This document shows positions 8,559-15,145 of a stretch of DNA of 17,162 nucleotides, one piece after another; within the stretch, counting starts at the first letter, position 1; each line of letters begins with the position of its first letter. The DNA comes from Arcobacter sp. GTDB taxonomy: Bacteria > Campylobacterota > Campylobacteria > Campylobacterales > Arcobacteraceae. The stretch spans positions 1 to 17,162 of the forward strand of contig CBFIGT010000044.1 in NCBI GenBank assembly GCA_965662175.1, read 5' to 3'. The translations under genes were made by a program, and so were the position numbers. The notes beneath the pieces were generated by a model, which was not told the origin of the DNA, made no database searches, and was given only the letters and a program-made list of their open reading frames with translations.

Positions 8559-9011
8559 ATGAATAGAAGAAATTTTTTAAGCTTAGGATTTGGTGCAGCA
8601 GCAGTTGCTGCTTTAGCTCCAACTACATTAAGCGCAATCGATTTTAGAGCAGAAAAACCAAAGGCTTGGACTGCAACAAAAGTTGAAGAGGGAATGAATG
8701 AGATTTTTGGTTCTACAAAAACTGAAGAGAAAAAAGTAAAAATTAAAGCTCCAGATATTGCTGAAAATGGTGCTGTAATTCCAATTACTATTACATCTAA
8801 ATTAGCAGGTTCAAAAGTTGCAATTTTCCAAAATGCTAATCCTGAAGCAACAGTTGCTGTATTTACAGTTCCTGAGGGTGGAATTATTGATTATTCAGTA
8901 AGAATCAAAATGGCAAAAACTGGTACTGTTACAGCTGTTGTAGAAGCTGGTGGGAAATTATACTCTGCTTCTAAAGAAGTAAAAGTTACTATCGGTGGAT
9001 GTGGTGGTTGA
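8559..9011 (+). CDS. soxY: Sulfur carrier protein SoxY
   Basis: Tat motif RRNFL, APDIAENGAVIP, C-terminal swinging arm VKVTIGGCGG. Confidence 0.98.
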   Translation: MNRRNFLSLGFGAAAVAALAPTTLSAIDFRAEKPKAWTATKVEEGMNEIFGSTKTEEKKVKIKAPDIAENGAVIPITITSKLAGSKVAIFQNANPEATVAVFTVPEGGIIDYSVRIKMAKTGTVTAVVEAGGKLYSASKEVKVTIGGCGG

Positions 9012-9078
9012 TTTAATTCCAACTACACAAACAATATTAAAATATAAAAAAATATAAAAGAAACAAAAAGGAATTAAA

Positions 9079-9378
9079 ATGGCTAAAACAAGAATTAAAG
9101 CAAAAGAAAAAAAAGGTATAGTTACAGTAAAAGCTATGGCTAAGCATGATATGTTAAGTTATCAAGAAGCTCAAAAAGCAAAAAAAGAAGTTAACTTTAT
9201 TACACAAATAATAGCAACATCTAAAGGTAAGGTAGTATATGAAGTATCAACAAGCCAATTCTTATCTAAAAACCCTTATGTTAAATTCGCATTCGCAGGT
9301 GCTAAAGGGGACGATTTAACTTTCTCTTGGACAGATTTAAAAGGTAACAAGCAAACTGATACAGTAGAAATTAAATAA
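9079..9378 (+). CDS. soxZ: Sulfur carrier complex subunit SoxZ
   Basis: 99 aa, no signal peptide, LSKNPYVKF and WTDLKG motifs, directly after soxY. Confidence 0.94.
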   Translation: MAKTRIKAKEKKGIVTVKAMAKHDMLSYQEAQKAKKEVNFITQIIATSKGKVVYEVSTSQFLSKNPYVKFAFAGAKGDDLTFSWTDLKGNKQTDTVEIK

Positions 9379-9403
9379 TCAACTACTTTAAGTAGTTGAT
9401 TAT
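9375..9403. repeat. Perfect 14-bp inverted repeat between soxZ and soxA
   Basis: ATAATCAACTACTT-T-AAGTAGTTGATTAT, overlapping the soxZ stop codon. Confidence 0.85.
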
Positions 9404-9431
9404 CTTTAACGATAAGAATAAGGAGATACAA

Positions 9432-10343
9432 ATGTTATTGAAAATTGCAAAAAGTACAGCTTTAGTTGCTTTAACGGTTAGCGCATTAAACGCTACTGAT
9501 TATTCAGCTCAAGCAGAGAAAGATAGATTAGAATTAATCAAGTATTTCGAAGCTAAATTCGAAGATCCCTTAAAAAACAAATACAGCTTTTTCCCATACT
9601 CTAATGATGAAGAGTTAGAAGCATATGAAAAAGGTCTAGCGGCAAAAGATTTTGCATTAGGTTCTTACTCATATAATGCAGATGGTAAAGCACAATATGA
9701 AGAGATTAAAGAGATGCCACCTTATGAAGATGGTATTGATAGAGGTGCAAAACTATATGAAACAAAATTTGCTAATGGTAACTCATTACAAACATGTTTC
9801 CCAGAGCCTGCTGTAACTGCTAATTATCCATATTATGATGAAAAAAGAGCTCAAGTTGTAACTTTAACTCAAGCTGTAAATGAGTGTCTTACATCAAATG
9901 GTGAAAAAGCATGGAACACTAAAAAAGGTGATATGGCTGACTTACAAGGTTTCTTTGCTTCACAATCAATGGAAGAAGAGAAAGTAATTGATGTTAAAAT
10001 TGAGACTCAAGCCGCTTCTGATGCTTATGAAAGAGGTAAAGAGTACTATTATACTCAAAGAGGATACTTAAAACTAAACTGTGCTGAGTGTCACGTTGAT
10101 GGTTCTGGAAAAAGAGTTAGAAATGAAATTTTATCTCCATTATTAGGAGCTATGACTCAATGGCCAGTTTACAGATTAAAATGGGCGGGTCTTGGAACTC
10201 CTGAGAGAAGAATGTCAGGATGTATTAAAGATCAAGGTCAAGTGCCACCAAAAGATACTAGTAATGAAATGAAAGAGTTAATTTTCTTTATGTCTTATAT
10301 GTCTAATGGTATGAAAATTGATGGTCCAGATATTAGAAAGTAA
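9432..10343 (+). CDS. soxA: L-cysteine S-thiosulfotransferase subunit SoxA, monoheme type
   Basis: Start set at ATG 9432 after AAGGAG (ORF-track 9396 is a TTG inside the hairpin). Sec signal, YYYTQRGYLKLNCAECH, WPVYRLKW, RRMSGC active-site Cys, GPDIRK C-terminus. Confidence 0.96.
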   Translation: MLLKIAKSTALVALTVSALNATDYSAQAEKDRLELIKYFEAKFEDPLKNKYSFFPYSNDEELEAYEKGLAAKDFALGSYSYNADGKAQYEEIKEMPPYEDGIDRGAKLYETKFANGNSLQTCFPEPAVTANYPYYDEKRAQVVTLTQAVNECLTSNGEKAWNTKKGDMADLQGFFASQSMEEEKVIDVKIETQAASDAYERGKEYYYTQRGYLKLNCAECHVDGSGKRVRNEILSPLLGAMTQWPVYRLKWAGLGTPERRMSGCIKDQGQVPPKDTSNEMKELIFFMSYMSNGMKIDGPDIRK

Positions 10344-10356
10344 GAAGGGTAAAGTC

Positions 10357-10788
10357 ATGAAAAAATTAACAACAATTCTAGCAACTACGGTAGTTGCTGC
10401 ATTAGTTACTGGGTGTACAACACAGCCATCTATTGAAACAGCTACAAAACTAGATACAAAAGTTGTATGTAGTGTAGAAAAGAATGGAATTAAAAAAGTA
10501 ATTGAAACAGCTGAAACATATAATAATATTGCGAAAGCAAAAGGTTTAGAGTTTAGAAGATTAGGTGTAAATAACACTGATTTAATTATCTCTGTACAAG
10601 AGGCTATTAAAACAGGTGCAACTGAAGTTAATCCTCTTGATAATAAAGGTAAAGCTTCCAAAACTAAATTGGAAACAAATTATGCAGCAGAAAGAGCTTG
10701 TAAATTTGGAATTTCAGCTTTACAACAAGCAGTTGAAGCTAAAAATACTTGGAGAAAAGCAGTTCCAGGTGATGGTTTAAAATACTAA
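10357..10788 (+). CDS. Uncharacterised lipoprotein in the soxK position
   Basis: ATG 10357 after AAGGG; MKK plus hydrophobic stretch plus lipobox VTGC; two further Cys (VVCS, RACK); 13 nt after the soxA stop. Confidence 0.8.
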   Translation: MKKLTTILATTVVAALVTGCTTQPSIETATKLDTKVVCSVEKNGIKKVIETAETYNNIAKAKGLEFRRLGVNNTDLIISVQEAIKTGATEVNPLDNKGKASKTKLETNYAAERACKFGISALQQAVEAKNTWRKAVPGDGLKY

Positions 10789-10797
10789 ACCATAGAG

Positions 10798-10830
10798 AAA
10801 AAAAGAGTCAAGCTAAGCTTGGCTTTTTTT
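10798..10830 (+). terminator. Rho-independent terminator, potentially bidirectional
   Basis: A7-G-AGTCAAGC-TAA-GCTTGGCT-T6: 8-bp stem with one G-U, flanked by A and T tracts. Confidence 0.8.
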
Positions 10831-10892
10831 ATGCATAATTTATGCAAACTTAAAAACAAAAAAACAAGATACATAGTACAAAAGGGGTCAAA

Positions 10893-11546
10893 ATGAAAAT
10901 GTTAAAGAAATTAGCGTTAGCTACATTAGTTGCTGGATTTTGTTCAACATCAGTTTTAGCAGAGGGTGAACCAGCTAAGTTTGTTCCAATTTCAAGTGGT
11001 GTTAAATCTATTGAAATGAATTTAAATGGTGAAAAATTTACATTAATGAGAAATCAAACTGCTGGAAATAAAATCAGTGATTTATATGTAACAACTCATA
11101 GAGGTGCTCCTCAACCAATGATTTTAGCACCAGGTGTTGAAACATTAGGTGAATTAGAGTTTATTGAATTAATGAAAAAAGCTCAAACTGATAAATCTAT
11201 TGCTGTTATAGATTCAAGAAAGCCAGGATGGTTTGCAAAATTAAGAATTCCAGGTGCTGTTAATGTACCATTTACTAATTTTGATGAAAAAGATACAGCT
11301 ATTGAAATGATGGAAGATGAAATGGGTGTTGTTCAAAAAGAGGATGGTACACTTGATTTCTCTAATGCTAAAACATTAGCATTATACTGTAATGGATATT
11401 GGTGTGGACAAACTCCTGGTATGGTTAAAAATGCAAAATATGCATTATTAAAAATGGGTTACCCAACTGAAAAAATTAAATACTACAGAGGTGGAATGCA
11501 AGCATGGACTTCTTTAGGATTTACAGTTGTTGGTGCGGGTAAATAA
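10893..11546 (+). CDS. Periplasmic rhodanese-domain sulfurtransferase, SoxL-like
   Basis: Sec signal (..SVLA), IDSRKPGWF..RIPGAVNVPF, active loop YCNGYWCGQT, YYRGGMQAW..LGF. Confidence 0.9.
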   Translation: MKMLKKLALATLVAGFCSTSVLAEGEPAKFVPISSGVKSIEMNLNGEKFTLMRNQTAGNKISDLYVTTHRGAPQPMILAPGVETLGELEFIELMKKAQTDKSIAVIDSRKPGWFAKLRIPGAVNVPFTNFDEKDTAIEMMEDEMGVVQKEDGTLDFSNAKTLALYCNGYWCGQTPGMVKNAKYALLKMGYPTEKIKYYRGGMQAWTSLGFTVVGAGK

Positions 11547-11572
11547 TTATATATTATAAAGGTAAATTTTAA

Positions 11573-13339
11573 ATGAGTAAACTTAGTAGAAGAGAATTTG
11601 TTTATATGATGGCGGCACTTGGTGCTGCTCCTGTTTTTGCTAATTCACATACAAGAATGACAAATACTAATAAGTTAGAAGATTACTATAAGTTAAAACC
11701 TTTTGGTAATGCTAGACTTATGCATATGACAGACTCTCATGCACAACTATTACCTGTATATTTTAGAGAGCCAAGTGTAAATCTTGGTTTTTATGGAAAT
11801 TTAGGTAAACCACCACATATTGTAGGTGAAAAGTTTTTAGATTATTATGGAATTAAAGGAAACGCAAGATTAGAGTATGCTTACTCTTCTGTAAACTTTG
11901 AAAAACATGCAAAAGCTATGGGAAGAGTTGGTGGTTTTGCTCAAATCAAAACTGTTGTAGACTTCTTAAAAGATAGTTTTGGAAAAGAAAAAACTCTACT
12001 TTTAGATGGTGGTGATACTTGGCAAGGTAGCTGGACTGCTTTACAAACAAGAGGTAAAGATATGGTTGGCGCTATGAATTTACTTGGTGTTGATGTAGCT
12101 GTTGGTCACTGGGAGTTTACATATAGAGCGGAAGAAATATTAGAGAATGTAAAACTTCTAAATGCTGAATTTTTAGCTCAAAATGTAAAAGTTAAAGAGG
12201 CTTCTTTATTTGATGGAAAAGCTGAAGCTTATGATGAAGATACAGGTCATGCATTTAAACCATATACAATCAAAGAGATTGGTGGTGCTAGAGTTGCTAT
12301 TATTGGTCAAGCTTTCCCATATACAACAATTGCAAATCCACAAAGATTTATTCCTGATTGGACTTTTGGGATTAATGATGAGGGAATGCAAGAGTTAGTT
12401 GATGAAGTTAGAGAAACAGAAAAACCTGATGCTGTAATTGTATTATCTCATAATGGTTTTGATACAGATAAAAAAATGGCTGAAGTTTGTACTGGTATTG
12501 ACTTTATTATGGGTGGACATACTCATGATGGTGTACCTGAAGCTGTACCTGTTAAAAATGAAAATGGTGTTACTTATGTTTGTAATGCTGGATCTAATGG
12601 TAAATTCTTAAATGTTCTTGATTTAGATATTCAAAATGGAAAAATCAAAGACTTTAAATTTACATTATTACCAATTTTCTCAGATTTAATTCCTGAAAAT
12701 CCTGAGATGAAAAAATATATCGAAGATGTAAGAGCTCCATTTAAAAAAGATTTAGATAGAGTAATTGCAACTACTGATGATACACTTTTTAGAAGAGGTA
12801 ACTTTAATGGTTCTTGGGATCAAATTATTTGTGATGCTTTAGTTGATATTAAAGATGCTGAAATTTCATTATCTCCTGGTTTTAGATGGGGAACATCTGT
12901 AATGCCTGGACAAGCTATTACATTTGATGATTTAGCTACACAAACAGCTATGACTTATCCTGAGACTTATAGAAGAGGAATTTCAGGGTCAGATATCAAA
13001 CTGATCTTAGAAGATGTTGCTGATAACTTATTTAATGAAGATCCATTCTATCAACAAGGTGGGGACATGGTTAGAACAGGTGGTATTTCTTATAGAATTA
13101 ATCCAACTGCTGCTATGGGTCAAAGAATTTCAGATATTACACTTACTAGAAATGGTAAAAAACTTGAGCCTAATAAAGAGTATCAAGTTGCAGGTTGGTC
13201 TACTGTTGGTGCAAAATCACCAGGTGAACCTGTATGGGAAACTGTAGAGACTTATTTAGGAAATGTTAAACACATTAAAAACTTAAAAGTTGATACACCT
13301 GATATTGTTGGGGTTAAAGGTAATCCTGGTATTGTTTAG
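11573..13339 (+). CDS. soxB: Thiosulfohydrolase SoxB
   Basis: Tat motif SRREF; TDSHAQL, YFREPSVN, DGGDTWQGS, GHWEFT, LSHNG, GGHTHD, SPGFRWG, QQGGDMVR motifs. Confidence 0.98.
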   Translation: MSKLSRREFVYMMAALGAAPVFANSHTRMTNTNKLEDYYKLKPFGNARLMHMTDSHAQLLPVYFREPSVNLGFYGNLGKPPHIVGEKFLDYYGIKGNARLEYAYSSVNFEKHAKAMGRVGGFAQIKTVVDFLKDSFGKEKTLLLDGGDTWQGSWTALQTRGKDMVGAMNLLGVDVAVGHWEFTYRAEEILENVKLLNAEFLAQNVKVKEASLFDGKAEAYDEDTGHAFKPYTIKEIGGARVAIIGQAFPYTTIANPQRFIPDWTFGINDEGMQELVDEVRETEKPDAVIVLSHNGFDTDKKMAEVCTGIDFIMGGHTHDGVPEAVPVKNENGVTYVCNAGSNGKFLNVLDLDIQNGKIKDFKFTLLPIFSDLIPENPEMKKYIEDVRAPFKKDLDRVIATTDDTLFRRGNFNGSWDQIICDALVDIKDAEISLSPGFRWGTSVMPGQAITFDDLATQTAMTYPETYRRGISGSDIKLILEDVADNLFNEDPFYQQGGDMVRTGGISYRINPTAAMGQRISDITLTRNGKKLEPNKEYQVAGWSTVGAKSPGEPVWETVETYLGNVKHIKNLKVDTPDIVGVKGNPGIV

Positions 13340-13345
13340 TTTCAC

Positions 13346-13388
13346 AAAATTGAGAGAGTATAGATAATCTATACTTTTTCTCAATTTT
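13346..13388 (+). terminator. Long hairpin after soxB, probable terminator
   Basis: AAAATTGAGA-GAGTATAGAT-A-ATCTATACTT-TT-TCTCAATTTT; the inner stem is followed by a T run. Confidence 0.7.
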
Positions 13389-13434
13389 AAATGTTGTTGT
13401 TGTACAATATTTAAAATTGAGAATAGGGAAACTA

Positions 13435-14241
13435 ATGGTACAAAAACTTTTAATTTTATTTGCAATCACAATATTTAATCTCTCTTTACAAGCAAGTTAT
13501 GATGAGGGGAAAAGAATATTTGAAGAAAAATGTTCATCTTGTCATGGGGAATATATCTCTATTTCTAAACTCAAAGTTAATTTTTTTGAGAAAAAAAATC
13601 AACTTTTTAATCTTGATACTCCAACTGAAAATATGTTAGCTTATGCAATTGTTGATAGTTCTAAAAAAATTGGTGATCCTGAAGACCCTGAGATGAGAGT
13701 TGTAGAGATTGAAGAGTTTTTAAAGAGTTATTTAGCAAAACCTGATTTAATGAATAGTGTTTGTGACCCAATGATTACAAAATATTATAAGAAAAAAGAG
13801 CCTATTAATATAAGTAGTGAAGAGGCTACAAATTTAGCATACTATTTTCTAGATTATAATAAACAAAGAGAATTAAAACATCCTAAGCCTATAAAAGTTT
13901 TAGAGAGTGGCTATGATGAGAAAAAGATATTAAATGATGCAAAAACTCAAAATAAATCTATAATTGTTTATGCAACATCTAAAAGCTGTTATTTTTGTAA
14001 AAAAATGAAAAGTGAAGTTTTAGATTTAGATGAGATTCAAGATAAAATAGAAAAAGATTTTATATTTTTAGAAGTTGATGTGGATTTTATTGCTTTACCA
14101 TATGATTTAAAAAAGAGTTTTTATGGTATGACACCCACTTTTTTCTTTGTATCAAATGAGGGAAAACTTATGAACACCTATCCCGGTGCATGGATTAAAA
14201 GTGATTTTATTCAAATTTTAGAGGAAAATATTAATAAATGA
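13435..14241 (+). CDS. Exported cytochrome c - thioredoxin (SoxW-like) fusion protein
   Basis: Start set at ATG 13435 after AGGGA (ORF-track 13417 is a TTG). Sec signal (..SLQA), GKRIFEEKCSSCH heme motif, C-terminal CYFCKKMK and TPTFFF..G thioredoxin fold. Confidence 0.85.
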   Translation: MVQKLLILFAITIFNLSLQASYDEGKRIFEEKCSSCHGEYISISKLKVNFFEKKNQLFNLDTPTENMLAYAIVDSSKKIGDPEDPEMRVVEIEEFLKSYLAKPDLMNSVCDPMITKYYKKKEPINISSEEATNLAYYFLDYNKQRELKHPKPIKVLESGYDEKKILNDAKTQNKSIIVYATSKSCYFCKKMKSEVLDLDEIQDKIEKDFIFLEVDVDFIALPYDLKKSFYGMTPTFFFVSNEGKLMNTYPGAWIKSDFIQILEENINK

Positions 14242-14687
14242 AGTTATTAGGAAAAGTACTAGATACTTTTAGTGCAAAAAAAGATTCAGTAAGTAGTATG
14301 CCAAGACCAAGAGTTGAGTTTTTAAATTTAATTAAAGATTATGGTATTGAGTTTGATAAATTTGCCCAAAAAGATTTAGATAAAACTGTTATGATTTTGG
14401 GAATTGATAGCTATAACTTAGCTAAATCAAAAGATATAAATTTGGAATATGGTAGTTTAGGGGAAAATCTTTTATTTAGTTTTAATCCCCATGAGTTTGA
14501 ACTTGGAACACAATTTATAATAGGTGATGCAATTATTGAAATAACTGAAAAGTGTACCATTTGTAATCATTTATCAGTTTTTCATAAGAAATTACCAAAA
14601 ACTGTAAAAGATTGTAGGGGTTTATATTGTAAAATAATTAACAGTGGTAGTATCAAAAAAGATTTACCTATTTATTTAAAGGATTAA
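14238..14687 (+). CDS. MOSC domain-containing protein
   Basis: YGIEFD, GSLGENL, LGTQFIIGDAIIEITEKCTIC, RGLYCKIINSGSI; ATGA-type overlap region with the upstream stop; no signal peptide. Confidence 0.85.
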   Translation: MKLLGKVLDTFSAKKDSVSSMPRPRVEFLNLIKDYGIEFDKFAQKDLDKTVMILGIDSYNLAKSKDINLEYGSLGENLLFSFNPHEFELGTQFIIGDAIIEITEKCTICNHLSVFHKKLPKTVKDCRGLYCKIINSGSIKKDLPIYLKD

Positions 14688-14688
14688 A

Positions 14689-15126
14689 ATGAAAAATTTG
14701 TTATTTGTTTTAGTATTATCTGTTTTTAGTTTTGGAGCATCGACTTTTAGTGATCCTCAACCAAACTTTGATAATCCAAGAAAAGTTATCTTTCAACTTT
14801 ATGATGCAGATATTGATAAGGTTAATCATAATCTAAGTTCAATTTACAATATTTTAAAAGAGTATCCTAGTGAATCTTTAAAAGTAGCAATTGTGGCTTA
14901 TGGAAATGGTATGAGAGCTTTAAGAAAAGATTATGATAAAGCAACTCAAACAAGAATGCTTTCTTTGATGGAGTATGAAGTAGAGTTTATAGCTTGTAAA
15001 AATACTATGGAAACTATGAACTGGACAGAAGATGAATTTATTGATGATTTAACTTATGTTCAAGCTGGTATTGTGGAGTTAATTGAGAGACAAATTAACG
15101 GTTATGTTGGATTAATAGCGTATTAA
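14689..15126 (+). CDS. Exported DsrE-family protein
   Basis: Sec signal (MKNLLFVLVLSVFSFG), KVIFQL, IVAYGNGMRAL, VEFIACKNTM (single Cys), YVQAGIVELIERQINGY. Confidence 0.85.
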   Translation: MKNLLFVLVLSVFSFGASTFSDPQPNFDNPRKVIFQLYDADIDKVNHNLSSIYNILKEYPSESLKVAIVAYGNGMRALRKDYDKATQTRMLSLMEYEVEFIACKNTMETMNWTEDEFIDDLTYVQAGIVELIERQINGYVGLIAY

Positions 15127-15139
15127 AAATACGCTATTA
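15113..15139. terminator. Hairpin between convergent genes, probable bidirectional terminator
   Basis: TAATAGCGTATT-AAA-AATACGCTATTA, perfect 12-bp stem spanning the DsrE-like stop. Confidence 0.7.
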
Positions 15140-15145
15140 TGATTT

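Noticed and set aside
9009..9031. soxY ends in TGA with a weak stem-loop nearby, suggesting selenocysteine read-through
   Set aside because: GGCGG is the canonical SoxY C-terminus, the stem overlaps the stop rather than following it like a bacterial SECIS, and read-through adds only a short meaningless tail.
9030..9075. A-rich direct repeat AAAATATAAAA between soxY and soxZ
   Set aside because: Low-complexity sequence expected in an AT-rich genome.
10278..10661. 127-aa minus-strand ORF
   Set aside because: Antisense to soxA and the lipoprotein gene, which have clear SD and signal features.
12206..12398. Two short ORFs (61 aa minus, 62 aa plus)
   Set aside because: Both nested in soxB; the Cys cluster in the minus ORF is an antisense artefact.
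5772..13339. sox core as a horizontally acquired island, since it looks slightly less AT-rich
   Set aside because: No integrase, transposase, tRNA or flanking direct repeats; the shift is explained by Gly/Ala-rich, highly expressed proteins. GC content was not computed.
13014..13465. 77-aa plus and 60-aa minus ORFs near the soxB end
   Set aside because: They overlap soxB, the hairpins and the next gene; no independent support. The minus ORF cannot be a leader peptide for the plus-strand hairpins.
14550..14575. CTICNH in the MOSC protein as a heme c site
   Set aside because: It is CxxCxH rather than CxxCH, and the protein has no export signal.
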